A stretch of DNA of 64,000 nucleotides from Spirochaetia bacterium (GTDB lineage Bacteria; Spirochaetota; Spirochaetia; UBA9216), in contig OY776510.1 in assembly GCA_963675665.1 (NCBI GenBank), positions 544,001 to 608,000 on the forward strand. The letters are read 5' to 3'. The stretch's first letter is position 1; the number at the start of each line of letters is the position of its first letter. Of this stretch, positions 1-10,031 are shown piece by piece. Below the pieces are notes generated by a model. The model saw nothing but the letters and a program-made list of their open reading frames with translations, searched no databases and was not told the origin of the DNA. The translations under genes and the position numbers were made by a program.

Positions 1-1202
1 TCCTTCTTTTCAAAAGGGAAATTTTCTTTTATTGATACATTTGTTTCAGCAGGCACTTCGTTAACTTCCACGGTAAATCTGTTACCGGCTTCCGTTATTA
101 TTGTGCCTGTCTCTTTATCAAAATAATCAAATTCCGGGACACCTATACTGACTCCGCCGGTATTATCCGCTCTGTATACCCATTGAATTGTTTTGACTCC
201 GGAAAACCCTGCTTTACTTTGACTGTATCCATTAATTTCATCAGAAGAAACAAGCAGACAGCCTTCTGTTTCAGGAACCGGCATCTTCAGATAATTCAGA
301 TTTCCGTCTCCTTCAACCGTACATGTCAACAGAATTTCTCCGCCGGCATCAACTGCAGCCCGGTCTATGCTGCAGCTGAATTTGAATTTCCCGACCGCTC
401 CGCTTTTCAGCTCCGAAGGCAGCTTCTTCACATTAAGAAGAAGGTCTTCGGCCCAGCCTGTTATCCCTTCAAAATCAACTCCGGCAGCAGGGATCTTGAC
501 CCTGCCGGCAACAGGCGAAGTATAAATATAGACGGCGGCGGGGACATCATAAAGAACGATATCCCCTTCGGTTGCTGAGGTAATATCTCCCAAACCGCCG
601 GCTTCTTCAAAAAAACCGTCGCGCGGATACGCGACGCGTATTTTATCAAAAAGAGTAACTATTTCCTGTCGTTTTACAGTAAGATAAAGAGGTATTGCTT
701 CTCCGGCATAAATATCATCAAACCCTGCCTGCCATTCTACTTCCAGCGGCATATAAAGCTGTCTGTTTTTATATAATCCGACCTTGAGAAGTACAGGAGA
801 CGTAACCAGCCGCCTTGAATCTGCAATAACGGAAAGGGAAGGTATTATCAGCCGTCCGGATTTTCGGGCTTTAAAAGTTGTTGTTATTCTGACCTTTCTG
901 ACGGATTCACCTTCTTTACTGTTTTCAATAAAACTTCTGATATAAGGCCCGCGCCATAACTGAAGCCAGTCGGGTTGTTCCTTCAAGGGAAAATCAACCT
1001 CTGTTGAATTATTATGATTTACAACAATTGTCATTGTGAAAAGATCGCCGAGGCCGACCGGGTTTGGGGCAATCCCGATGCTTTCTATCGTGGGTTGAAT
1101 TGAACTGAATACTTCCAGCTTCTTCTCTTCAGCCTGCAGCAACGCAACAGCCGACAGCAGAAGGAAAGAAACTGTCAGACATTTAAAGATTTTGGCTGTC
1201 AC
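1..1202 (-). CDS. batD: BatD-family protein (3' end runs off the window; absent from the ORF track)
   Basis: GTG at 1202 overlaps the TGA of the TPR gene (GTGA). The frame stays open to the window edge: MTAKIFKCLTVSFLLLSAVALLQAEE (signal peptide)...SGAVGKFKF...LTCTVEGDGNL...PEFDYFD, typical BatD repeat motifs. Position in the bat operon fits. Confidence 0.8.
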   Translation of the reverse strand, partial: MTAKIFKCLTVSFLLLSAVALLQAEEKKLEVFSSIQPTIESIGIAPNPVGLGDLFTMTIVVNHNNSTEVDFPLKEQPDWLQLWRGPYIRSFIENSKEGESVRKVRITTTFKARKSGRLIIPSLSVIADSRRLVTSPVLLKVGLYKNRQLYMPLEVEWQAGFDDIYAGEAIPLYLTVKRQEIVTLFDKIRVAYPRDGFFEEAGGLGDITSATEGDIVLYDVPAAVYIYTSPVAGRVKIPAAGVDFEGITGWAEDLLLNVKKLPSELKSGAVGKFKFSCSIDRAAVDAGGEILLTCTVEGDGNLNYLKMPVPETEGCLLVSSDEINGYSQSKAGFSGVKTIQWVYRADNTGGVSIGVPEFDYFDKETGTIITEAGNRFTVEVNEVPAETNVSIKENFPFEKK

Positions 1203-1792
1203 CAGTCATTCTCCGTTGTCTCTATATTTTCTTCCCCGTTAGCTCTCCAGATACCGGCATCTTTTTTTCTTATAAACTCAAGTATCCGCTGTATTTCATC
1301 AGGAACCTCTTTCTTTTCGGACGCCTGTGCTCCGGCAGCAGAACCTTCAACCGCATTTGATCCGGCATTCATACGTCTCAGGCTGTATTCCAGATTTATC
1401 TTGGCATTCATGCTTTCCGGCTTTATCTGAAGCGCTTTTTTGAAAGATTCAAACGCATCCTGGTATTTGCCGGTTTCAAAATCAAGAACACCTTTATTAT
1501 ACATTGTCCTGAAAAGCAGTTCCGGGTTGCCGGAAAACGCGGCATTCTTCCATTCTCCGGCTGCAGCTTCACCTTCTCCGAGAGCATAATAAACATTTGC
1601 AAGATTATAGCTGATGTAATCAGTATGCACATTTTTTTTCATTGCTTCCAGATATTCAGTATTGGCAGTCTGATAATCTCCGCTGACAAAAGAATTGTTT
1701 CCGACCCAAACCGACAGATATGCGGACGGATTCGAACAGGAAGCGATCAGAATTACCGATGAGGCTATTATGGTTAAAAATATCTTTTCCAT
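1199..1792 (-). CDS. batC: TPR-repeat lipoprotein (BatC-like)
   Basis: Lipobox-like LIASC; TPR motifs YNLANVYYALG, YNKGVLDFETGKYQDAFESFKKALQIKP, AKINLE; bat operon context. Confidence 0.75.
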   Translation of the reverse strand: MEKIFLTIIASSVILIASCSNPSAYLSVWVGNNSFVSGDYQTANTEYLEAMKKNVHTDYISYNLANVYYALGEGEAAAGEWKNAAFSGNPELLFRTMYNKGVLDFETGKYQDAFESFKKALQIKPESMNAKINLEYSLRRMNAGSNAVEGSAAGAQASEKKEVPDEIQRILEFIRKKDAGIWRANGEENIETTENDW

Positions 1793-2757
1793 TTTACAAC
1801 CTTTACATATTTGGCAGTTAAAAGACCCAGCAGTGCTATAATGAGAAAAAACCGGTAATTTTCCTTTACAACAATTTTATATCCGCTGCTTTTTTCGTCT
1901 ACAGTTCCTGATGCAATTCTGATCAAATCAGGCAACATGGCGCTGTCGTCAACCGGGAAGTATTTTCCGCCTGTGGCTGCCGCAACAGTTTTCAAAGACT
2001 GCTCGTCCAGACGGGAAATCACAATACTTCCCGATGAATCCGTAAGCGACGAGCCGTCCGCTGTAGGGATTTCCGCGCCCTCTGAGGTTCCTGCACCAAT
2101 GCAGAATATTGATACTTCGTTATCCGCTGCCAGGGCAAGAACAGGGTCAAGTTCTCCGCTTAATGCTTCACCGTCGGTAATAAGAATAATGTACTTCTTT
2201 CTTTCCTCAACTTCCGAAAAGGCTGAAAGAGCCGTTGAAATACCTGCCTCAAGATTACTCCCCGGAACAGTCAGAAGATCGGTTCCCAGAAATTCAAGAA
2301 AACTGTATATTGATTCGAGGTCCTCGGTAGACGGTATCATTTTAACACCCTTGCCTTTAAAAACAACAATACCGAACCTTCCTCCGGGCGTATTTTCACA
2401 AACTGAACGTATTATTTTCGCCGCGGAATCAAGCCGTGACGGGGTGATATCACGCGCTTTCATGCTCTCTGAAATATCAACTGCAAAAACAATGTCCGTT
2501 CCCGCCGGCTCATAGCTGACTGGATATTCCTTTCCGGGAAATCCCGAGAGCGCCAAAACGGCAAAAACAATAAATACAAGCAATCCGAGCGATGAAAAAA
2601 AGTTTTTGACCATATACAGATCGTAAAAATTGTCGGGACGCCAGTTGCCTGCGGTATGAACAAGACTGTTTCGCCCGGTACGGTAATTTCTTATCATAAC
2701 AATCAGAACCGGTACGAGAAAGGCAAACAGCCTGAAAAACTCGGGTCGTAAAGGCAT
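1774..2757 (-). CDS. batB: vWA-domain membrane protein BatB
   Basis: MIDAS DISESM, PSRLDSAAK, LITDGE; N- and C-terminal TM segments. Confidence 0.85.
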   Translation of the reverse strand: MPLRPEFFRLFAFLVPVLIVMIRNYRTGRNSLVHTAGNWRPDNFYDLYMVKNFFSSLGLLVFIVFAVLALSGFPGKEYPVSYEPAGTDIVFAVDISESMKARDITPSRLDSAAKIIRSVCENTPGGRFGIVVFKGKGVKMIPSTEDLESIYSFLEFLGTDLLTVPGSNLEAGISTALSAFSEVEERKKYIILITDGEALSGELDPVLALAADNEVSIFCIGAGTSEGAEIPTADGSSLTDSSGSIVISRLDEQSLKTVAAATGGKYFPVDDSAMLPDLIRIASGTVDEKSSGYKIVVKENYRFFLIIALLGLLTAKYVKVVKWKRYF

Positions 2758-3759
2758 CTAAAATACCTCCCGAAACAGAAGTTTTTTTAGAAAGAAATCA
2801 GCAAGGATCAGTATAATCGACAGAAGGATAAACTGCCGGTACATCGGCGTCAGACTTGTTTTTATCTTTATCCTTCTTTCTGTACTTTCAAGTGAATCAA
2901 TGGCCTCCATAACGCCGCTCAGGGCATTAAATGAAGAGGCATAAAAGTATTTCCCGTCTGTTTTTTCCGAAATTTCAAGAAGCAGTTCCTCGTCGAAATC
3001 ACTGAGAAACTGACCGGTTATTATCTTGCCGGAATCAGGATCCGTATATTCTATCGGAACTTCACCCTTCGAACCTATTCCTATCGTATAAATTCTTATG
3101 CCCATTCCGGCTGCTATATCCGCCGCTGATTCCGGAACAATTTCTCCCGCATTATTCTCTCCGTCGGTTATGAGTACTATTACCTTCTCCTCCGCCGTCG
3201 AGTCCTGAAGATGAAGCGCCGCTATTGCAATTCCCAGCCCTACCGCTGTTCCGTTTCCAAGCTCCATCAGCCTGAGGCTTTCCAGCTCTTTCAGAAAACC
3301 GTTTTTATCAAGGGTCGGAGGAATCCGAAGCGCTGCTTCCTCTGCAAAGGTAACAAGCCCTACGGGATCATTTTCACGGGTCGAAACAAACTTGCTGATA
3401 ACCTCCTTTGCCGCCTCAAAGCGGTTAACAGGAGTAAAATCCATAGCAGCCATACTCGGCGATTCGTCCAGAACAAAAACAATATCGATTCCGCGCGACA
3501 GGTATATTTTTTCTTTTTTCACGGAGGAAGGCCCGGCCAACGCCAGAATTACACAAATAACCCCTATCCAGAACGCAAAATTTGAAATAAATAAAACCAG
3601 GCGGATAAAGTGGTTTTTGGGTGTAAATCTACTGCTGTTCCACAGCCCGGTGGAAGCGGGGACAACTCCCCCGCGGCCTTTGTACAGATGAGTAAAATAA
3701 ACCGAGGGAATAATCAGTGTAAGCAGCAGCAGCAAAGCCGGACGTTCAAATATCCACAT
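2758..3759 (-). CDS. batA: vWA-domain membrane protein BatA
   Basis: FERP..LLLL start, GIDIVFVLDESPSM (MIDAS), NRFEAAK, GTAVGLG, LITDGENNAG; start set at ATG 3759 behind GGAGG. Confidence 0.9.
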   Translation of the reverse strand: MWIFERPALLLLLTLIIPSVYFTHLYKGRGGVVPASTGLWNSSRFTPKNHFIRLVLFISNFAFWIGVICVILALAGPSSVKKEKIYLSRGIDIVFVLDESPSMAAMDFTPVNRFEAAKEVISKFVSTRENDPVGLVTFAEEAALRIPPTLDKNGFLKELESLRLMELGNGTAVGLGIAIAALHLQDSTAEEKVIVLITDGENNAGEIVPESAADIAAGMGIRIYTIGIGSKGEVPIEYTDPDSGKIITGQFLSDFDEELLLEISEKTDGKYFYASSFNALSGVMEAIDSLESTERRIKIKTSLTPMYRQFILLSIILILADFFLKKLLFREVF

Positions 3760-4639
3760 GTTCCACACCTCCGGCATCAGCTTTTTCTATCTCGTCTGCT
3801 GTGCTTCGAACAGCTTCAATATCTTCCTCACGCCGGCGGATCATCACCCTCCGGCCCCCGAACCTGACCTCATCGGAAAGCTTGAAAACATTAATCAGGT
3901 TCCCGCTGCCGGAGACCTTCCCGAAGTCGGAAGCTATCATGCGGGCGCCTTCACGCGCAGTTGCTGCTGAATAATCAATACTTCCCCGGGCCGTAAGATA
4001 TATTCTGAGCTCGCTTACAAGCAGGGAATAAAACTCATTGCCCTTTTTATCGTTTACAGTCTCTTCAAGTTCATTCAGAACCTTCAGAAGCCGCCGGTAA
4101 GGTTTCTTTCTCCGCTGTTCATGAATATATAAGTAAATTGCGTTTTTCAGCTTCGCCCAGAAAAAGATGAAGAATACGGGAAGCATGAAAACCAGCCCGA
4201 TAATCAACGCTATATAATATACAGTTCCGGGCAGCAGCATCTGTTCCGCCGGAGGAGCAAACGCCGAAGCTTCCTGTTCCAGAACCGATTTCGTCTGTAT
4301 TTTTATGTCCCTCAGAAGCACATCACCGAATTGAAGCGCAGGCAGAGTTCTGATTCCCGGAGCAAACGGCCGTAAAAAAACACGCAGTTCATACTCATCT
4401 TCAAGCTTTGTGACAACAGTATTTTCTATCCTGACCCAGTATGAATCAGGAAAACTTTCAGGCTTTTTTACTTCTGCACCCTTTTCAGGGGTTATCATAA
4501 CGCGCATCTCTACCAGGTCTCCGACATAAAATTCCTGCGGAAGAAATACGACTTTATCGCTGGTATAATTTTTCTCGGCGACAGCGGAAAACGAAAAAAT
4601 AAAAAACAGAACAAAAACCAGAGAACAGACTTTTCTCAC
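3746..4639 (-). CDS. Bat-operon membrane protein (signal peptide, Ig-like domain, single TM)
   Basis: Signal peptide, TM at YYIALIIGLVFMLPVFFIFFW, C-terminal LRIYL...SDEVRF helical domain typical of the gene between DUF58 and batA. Confidence 0.75.
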   Translation of the reverse strand: MRKVCSLVFVLFFIFSFSAVAEKNYTSDKVVFLPQEFYVGDLVEMRVMITPEKGAEVKKPESFPDSYWVRIENTVVTKLEDEYELRVFLRPFAPGIRTLPALQFGDVLLRDIKIQTKSVLEQEASAFAPPAEQMLLPGTVYYIALIIGLVFMLPVFFIFFWAKLKNAIYLYIHEQRRKKPYRRLLKVLNELEETVNDKKGNEFYSLLVSELRIYLTARGSIDYSAATAREGARMIASDFGKVSGSGNLINVFKLSDEVRFGGRRVMIRRREEDIEAVRSTADEIEKADAGGVEHVDI

Positions 4640-5508
4640 CTTCCCTTTCTCCTCCTGAAAAAGGAAAGCAGGGCTTTCGCAGGATCATCCTCGGTATCAA
4701 TTACAATCGTATCAATTCCGCGCCGCCGGCATTCACGCTGCCAGAAGATATGTTCCGTATGCCAGAAGTCCCTGTATTCCTTTCTGTACCTGGAAGAAAA
4801 ACCGAAAGAAGATGTTATTCTGCCGGATTCTGCATCCTGAAGCTCAAGAAGCCCCGTAGGGGGTATCTTTCTATCTGACGGGTCGGTCACCTTTACTGCT
4901 ATCAGATCGTGCTTTCGTCCCAGCATCGACATCTGCCTGTAGGCCGGTTTGATCCTGAAATCAGAAACAATAGTACAGATTCCCCGGCGCTTCATCGACT
5001 GCTCAACACATGCAATAGCCAGTGAAAGATCAGATCCACGGCCTTTCGGTTCAAGCGATGCCATATCCTGCACCAGTCTCATCAGGTGGTTACGTCCTTT
5101 CATTGGGGGTACCCATTTCTCAATCCGGTCGGAAAAAAATACCGCCCCTACCCTGTCGTTATTATGAACCGCCGAATGCGCAAGAAGTGCTGCCACAATA
5201 GCGGCAGTGTCCGCTTTTCGGTAGGTACCGCTTCCAATCTGAAGAGAGGCTGAAACATCTATCATCAGAAGCAGCGCCATTTCCCTTTCCTCACGGAAAG
5301 TCTTAACATAGGGAGAACCCATCCGGGAAGTAACGTTCCAGTCTATGGCCCTGATATCGTCGCCTTCCGAATATTCACGGACTTCGTCAAATTCCAGTCC
5401 GGGACCGCGGAAAACCGTCCGATAGTTTCCGGATAAAAAACCTTCCACAAGCCGCGATGATACAAGGGGTATATTACGTATTCTGGAAAGCAGCTGAAGA
5501 CTATCCAT
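4636..5508 (-). CDS. DUF58 domain protein
   Basis: GNYRTVFRGPGLEFDEVREYSEGDDIRAIDWNVTSR, FREERE, DVSAS. Confidence 0.95.
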   Translation of the reverse strand: MDSLQLLSRIRNIPLVSSRLVEGFLSGNYRTVFRGPGLEFDEVREYSEGDDIRAIDWNVTSRMGSPYVKTFREEREMALLLMIDVSASLQIGSGTYRKADTAAIVAALLAHSAVHNNDRVGAVFFSDRIEKWVPPMKGRNHLMRLVQDMASLEPKGRGSDLSLAIACVEQSMKRRGICTIVSDFRIKPAYRQMSMLGRKHDLIAVKVTDPSDRKIPPTGLLELQDAESGRITSSFGFSSRYRKEYRDFWHTEHIFWQRECRRRGIDTIVIDTEDDPAKALLSFFRRRKGR

Positions 5509-6488
5509 TATGGAACCGGAATTATTTTCAGTATTCGATCTATTACATCGTCAGTTGTCAATTCTTCGGATTCGGCCTCATAAGAAAGCACGATTCTGTG
5601 ACGCATTACATCATGAACAACCGTTTTAACATCATCAGGTATTACATAGCTTCGGCCTTCAAACAAAGCCTGAATTTTTGCGCAGCGGTATAAATAAATG
5701 CTGGCCCTCGGAGAAGCGCCGAATTCGATGTATTTTGCGTAAGGCACTACTATCTTGTCCTGTTCACGGGTAGCCGCGGTTATTGATACAATATATTTTT
5801 CTATTCTCTCGTCTATTCTGATTTTCTCGGCCGTCCTGCGCAGATCCTTCAGCGCAGTAGGAGTCAAGGCTTTCTTTACCGAAATATTTCCTTCAATCCC
5901 CATACGCCTGAGAATCTCAAGCTCTTCATCCGGCGACGGATATTCTATTTTCAGTTTAAGAATAAACCGGTCAAGCTGGGCTTCGGGAAGAGGGTATGTT
6001 CCTTCGCTCTCTATCGGGTTCTGTGTAGCCAGGACAAAAAACGGATCAGGAAGATTGTGAGTCTGGCTACCGATTGTCACCTGGCGTTCCTGCATGGCCT
6101 CAAGCAGCGCCGACTGAACCTTTGCGGGAGCGCGGTTAATTTCATCGGCAAGAACGATATTTGCAAAAACCGGCCCTTTTCTGACGACGAATTCGCCGCC
6201 CTGCTGCTTGTAAATCATTGTACCGACAATATCCGCCGGAAGTAAATCCGGTGTAAACTGTATTCTCGAAAAAGTTGCGTCGATTACCTCCGACGCGGTC
6301 TTTACCGAAAGGGTTTTCGCAAGGCCCGGTACACCTTCAATCAGAACATGTCCGCCTGCGAGAAGGCCCATAAGAATGCCGTCCACCATAGATTTCTGTC
6401 CGATTACCCGCGCCGCTATCTCTTTTCTGCACTTATCCAGCTGTGCATGCGCTTTTTCAATAAGTTCGTCTATATTTTCGTTTGCCAT
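5508..6488 (-). CDS. moxR: MoxR-family AAA+ ATPase
   Basis: Walker A EGVPGLAKT, RIQFTPDLLPAD, LADEINRAPAKVQSALLEAMQE, ATQNPIESEGTYPLPEAQLDRF, GASPRA. Confidence 0.97.
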   Translation of the reverse strand: MANENIDELIEKAHAQLDKCRKEIAARVIGQKSMVDGILMGLLAGGHVLIEGVPGLAKTLSVKTASEVIDATFSRIQFTPDLLPADIVGTMIYKQQGGEFVVRKGPVFANIVLADEINRAPAKVQSALLEAMQERQVTIGSQTHNLPDPFFVLATQNPIESEGTYPLPEAQLDRFILKLKIEYPSPDEELEILRRMGIEGNISVKKALTPTALKDLRRTAEKIRIDERIEKYIVSITAATREQDKIVVPYAKYIEFGASPRASIYLYRCAKIQALFEGRSYVIPDDVKTVVHDVMRHRIVLSYEAESEELTTDDVIDRILKIIPVP

Positions 6489-6497
6489 AACTTGTCC

Positions 6498-7790
6498 TCA
6501 GGTTCTATAGTCTGCGTTCTCTCTGACATATTCATGCGTGAGGTCGCTGCCGATAATTGTTGATCGGGATTTCCCCATCCCTATATTAATATCAATGTTT
6601 ACAGTTTTTTCATGAACCGGCCAGCCTTTATGCTCGGGAATTGTTCCGCAGTCGTTAAGATACGCCGCCAGTCTTTTTTCTTTTTCCGGATTAAGGTCAA
6701 AACTTCCGTTTGAAAAAATTATCTCTCCGCCAAGTTTGATTTCCATCCTTTCGACAGCAAGCTCAACCCCGTGATTGCCACAGAAATCGCCAATTGACGA
6801 AACAAACCTCCCGACGTTCGGATCATTTCCCGCTATCGCGGTTTTTACCAGCGGCGAATTAACAAGTGCCTTGCCGATTGCCGAAGCTTCGGCCTCGCTT
6901 GAGGCATTGCCGACTGTAACCTTTATCACATGCCCGGTGCCCTCGCCGTTTCTCACTATATCCTCGGCAAGTTCCGAACACACTTGCTTAAGCCCCGTCC
7001 GAAATGCTTCAGCATCATCGCATGGTTTGATTTTGGAACTTGAGACTATAACCATATCGGATGTGCTCTGATCGCTGTCAACCGATATCCGGTTGAATGT
7101 TATATCCACAATACCCGGCAGCATTTCCCTGAGCCTGTCGCGTCCGATATCAAGATCGGTCATAATGAAGCACAGCATTGTGGCCATGTTCGGTTCGATC
7201 ATTCCGGCGCCCTTCGCAATTGCGATTATCTTTCCGCCGCAGACATTCCTGCTTCTGAGCTTGGCAAAACTGTCGGTAGTCATTATCCGTTCAGAAAGAA
7301 GCACCGCGTTTCGCTCAGTATCGTTCTTCGCGGCGCCGACCATTCCGGGAACGGCAGCTATCATCTGCGATACCGGAAGACGCCAGCCGATAACGCCCGT
7401 CGACGAGCCCATCAGTTCTTCAGGACTGCATCCGATATGTTCGGCCGCCGCGGCAAGAACCCTCTCGGAATCATCGACCCCGGTTTCTATGCATACATTG
7501 GCAATCTTGTTATTTATAACTATTCCACGAAAAAGCTTGTTTTCCAGACGCCGGCGACACAGTTTAACCGGAGCACCGGGAAAAATGTTCCTTGTAAAGG
7601 TTCCTGCAAAAGTATCGGTAGGCTTATCAAGCAGAAGCAGCGACAGATTCATTTTCATCAGCTTACCCGTCCCGAGTTCTGCCGGAGAGAATTGCAGCTG
7701 CGTACAACCGGTTGAAAAACCGGCGGGCAAAGCTCCGCGGCTTTCAAGTTCTTTTCTGTAATCCGTTGCACAACTGATTTTGTTCACCAT
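6498..7790 (-). CDS. argJ: Ornithine acetyltransferase / N-acetylglutamate synthase
   Basis: SSTGVIG, IMTTD, AKGAGMIEPNMATML (autocleavage site), VDSDQSTSD, NSPLVKTA, DLTHEYVRENADYRT. Confidence 0.96.
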   Translation of the reverse strand: MVNKISCATDYRKELESRGALPAGFSTGCTQLQFSPAELGTGKLMKMNLSLLLLDKPTDTFAGTFTRNIFPGAPVKLCRRRLENKLFRGIVINNKIANVCIETGVDDSERVLAAAAEHIGCSPEELMGSSTGVIGWRLPVSQMIAAVPGMVGAAKNDTERNAVLLSERIMTTDSFAKLRSRNVCGGKIIAIAKGAGMIEPNMATMLCFIMTDLDIGRDRLREMLPGIVDITFNRISVDSDQSTSDMVIVSSSKIKPCDDAEAFRTGLKQVCSELAEDIVRNGEGTGHVIKVTVGNASSEAEASAIGKALVNSPLVKTAIAGNDPNVGRFVSSIGDFCGNHGVELAVERMEIKLGGEIIFSNGSFDLNPEKEKRLAAYLNDCGTIPEHKGWPVHEKTVNIDINIGMGKSRSTIIGSDLTHEYVRENADYRT

Positions 7791-7996
7791 ATCTTTATAT
7801 AACGGATTTTAATAATACTCAACACAATGAGAAATAACCGCTATACCTGAACGCTCATTACCGAAAAAAACGGCTTCGCTTTGCTGCAGATGTTTTTCCC
7901 GGCAACAAGCGTTCAGGCACACCACTTACCGCATGGTGTTGAGTATTTTTCAATTTGGCAGTGTTTTTAACCGCAGCCGGGGGCTCCTGCGCAGGG

Positions 7997-8025
7997 TTGA
8001 AAATTTTACATCCCGCGCCTATTAT
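7997..8025 (+). promoter_or_regulatory. sigma70 promoter, leaderless arrangement
   Basis: TTGAAA-17 bp-TATTAT, 6 nt before ATG 8032; no SD. Confidence 0.55.
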
Positions 8026-8031
8026 CACTGC

Positions 8032-8877
8032 ATGATACTTACAAATTACCACTCGCATTTTAACCTTGACGACGGACGCGGAGAGCTTAACGAATATGCC
8101 GACTCGGCACTTGAAAGGGGATTGTCCATAATAGGTATTTCGCCTCATGCGCCGCTCTTTTTTGAAAACGAATGGACCCTGAACGAAGCAGGTCTTGAAG
8201 AATACCTTGAGATGATGCCGGCCTTTAAATCAGCATACAGGGGGCGTCTGGAAATATATACCGGCCTGGAAATTGATTTTATTCCCGGAAAAATGGGTCC
8301 CTCAGACAGCCGCTGGAACAGCCTCGGCCTTGAGTACCGGATTGGTTCAGTGCACTCCATGGAAGACCCCGTCAGCGGAGCTGAACTTTCAGTTGACGGG
8401 CCGCTGGAAGAAATGATTCAGCTGCTTCACAACCGCTTTGGCAATAATATTAAAAGACTGGTAAAAGAGTACTTTGAAAGACAATCGGACATGCTGTGCA
8501 AGGGCGGTTTCGACATTCTGGGTCATTGTGATTTGATAAAAAAACGAAATACAGACGACCGGTTCTTTAACCAGGATGAAGACTGGTACCGGAAAGAAGC
8601 TTTTAACATGCTCAGAACAGCCGCGGAAAAAGATGTTGTGGTTGAAGTAAACACCGGCGGGATGTCCCGCGGAGCAACAACCGAAGCTTATCCTTCACCG
8701 TGGATACTTCAGAAATGTTACGAATTGAATTTGCCGGTAACCCTGTCGGCTGATGCACACAGCCCGGATCATATCGATTTTAAGTTCGCCGAGTCGATTG
8801 AGCTGCTGAAAAACACCGGATACGGTGAAATTTATTTTTTTTCAGGAGGAAAATGGCAATCTCAGCCGATTTATTAG
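8032..8877 (+). CDS. hisJ: Histidinol-phosphatase, PHP family
   Basis: NYHSHFNLDDG, GISPHAP, GLEIDF, IGSVH, GHCDL, EVNTGG, SADAHSP; start moved to ATG 8032. Confidence 0.85.
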   Translation: MILTNYHSHFNLDDGRGELNEYADSALERGLSIIGISPHAPLFFENEWTLNEAGLEEYLEMMPAFKSAYRGRLEIYTGLEIDFIPGKMGPSDSRWNSLGLEYRIGSVHSMEDPVSGAELSVDGPLEEMIQLLHNRFGNNIKRLVKEYFERQSDMLCKGGFDILGHCDLIKKRNTDDRFFNQDEDWYRKEAFNMLRTAAEKDVVVEVNTGGMSRGATTEAYPSPWILQKCYELNLPVTLSADAHSPDHIDFKFAESIELLKNTGYGEIYFFSGGKWQSQPIY

Positions 8878-8890
8878 GTAGGGACAGGCC

Positions 8891-9724
8891 ATGACGGAAG
8901 AAGAACTTTTAAATGTAGAAAAACTCAAAGCAGAGATAAAGAGATTAAAGGGTATAAAAAAGACCCTGCGACGCAATTTTCAGGATATGGTAGGACTGCT
9001 GACCACGACTATTTCACAGTCAAATAATTTTCTCGGCGGTCATATAAAAAGAACCGCAGTGCTTGCAAAAGCATTTGCGGAATATATGAGATATGACAAA
9101 GACACTATATATCGAATCTATTACGGGGCGCTGCTTCACGACCTGGGAATGGTAGGCCTTCCGGAAAAGCTGATTATTTCTCCGGCAGAATCGCTTTCGG
9201 AAGCGGAAACTGAACTTTTCAGACGTCACACGCTTATCGGCGAAAAAATGATCTCTTCAGCCTATGACTTGCGCCAGACAGCAAAGATTATCCGAAGTCA
9301 CCACGAAGAATTCAGTGGCGACGGTTTTCCCGACGGTCTTGCCGGCTCGGAAATACCTCTGGGAGCAAGAATAACAAGGCTATCAAACGATTACGACAAT
9401 TTCATATATAAAAACAAGATTCAGGCGACCGAAGCTGTTAAACGCCTTAAAGAAAGATCAGGCTATATTTACGACCCAAAATTATGTACGTATTTTATCA
9501 AATTCATTAAAACCAATGTTGAAAAACATGATAATGCATCCGAATCCACCGGAATACTGCTCCGTGATCTTAAAAAAGGAATGTATATCTCGGAAGATAT
9601 ATGCCTTCAGAACGGAATGCTACTTATTCCGAAGGGAGTAATTCTGGACAGTTCGATGCTGGATAAAATCAATTCGTTTGAATCACTGCTTGAAATGGAC
9701 CGTATTGTTTCAGTAGTCGGTTGA
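8891..9724 (+). CDS. HD-GYP domain protein (c-di-GMP phosphodiesterase-like)
   Basis: LLHDLG, HHEEFSGDGFPDGL, IPLGARI; N-terminal coiled coil. Confidence 0.9.
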   Translation: MTEEELLNVEKLKAEIKRLKGIKKTLRRNFQDMVGLLTTTISQSNNFLGGHIKRTAVLAKAFAEYMRYDKDTIYRIYYGALLHDLGMVGLPEKLIISPAESLSEAETELFRRHTLIGEKMISSAYDLRQTAKIIRSHHEEFSGDGFPDGLAGSEIPLGARITRLSNDYDNFIYKNKIQATEAVKRLKERSGYIYDPKLCTYFIKFIKTNVEKHDNASESTGILLRDLKKGMYISEDICLQNGMLLIPKGVILDSSMLDKINSFESLLEMDRIVSVVG

Positions 9725-9808
9725 TTACCAAATATGGGAACCTCTGATATGATGTGACCCATGTCAAGTTAAAATATCCAGGTTTTATCTATAAGATCCC
9801 CCCCCTGT

Positions 9809-10007
9809 CCAGGACAGGAAGAAAGATAGAACAACGTTTATGCGGCGATAGACCACTCTGATATTCGCGGATTGGTTACCGCAGGTCAATGGGATCGTCG
9901 GGAGCTGCCTCTGTCTAAAACCGAGGATCAATATTATTATTGCCTCATAGAGGTGCCGAGGGTTCTCCTTTATCACTGTTGTTGTTCTATCCATCCTTCT
10001 GTCCTGG
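9809..10007 (-). ncRNA. Predicted bridge RNA (seekRNA) of the IS110 element
   Basis: Closing stem (9809-9817 with 9999-10007; 9825-9835 with 9981-9991) encloses two internal-loop hairpins. Target loop carries GGCACCTCTA and GGTTTTAGA; donor loop carries ATTGACCT and ATATCAGA. Ends approximate. Confidence 0.85.
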
Positions 10008-10031
10008 TAGCTTATTAACCAACTATCGAAG

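Noticed and set aside
183-7761. Numerous antisense ORFs over the bat/moxR/argJ operon (and similar ones throughout the window)
   Set aside because: Shadow ORFs opposite well-supported genes, with no recognisable motifs or RBS
8891-9724. GFP in place of GYP in the HD-GYP motif; likewise GAYTGA in place of GAFTGA in the bEBP
   Set aside because: Both are common conservative variants and not evidence of novelty or inactivity
9785-9994. 69-aa ORF downstream of the transposase
   Set aside because: It coincides with the structured bridge RNA region, whose sequence is explained by stems and guide matches
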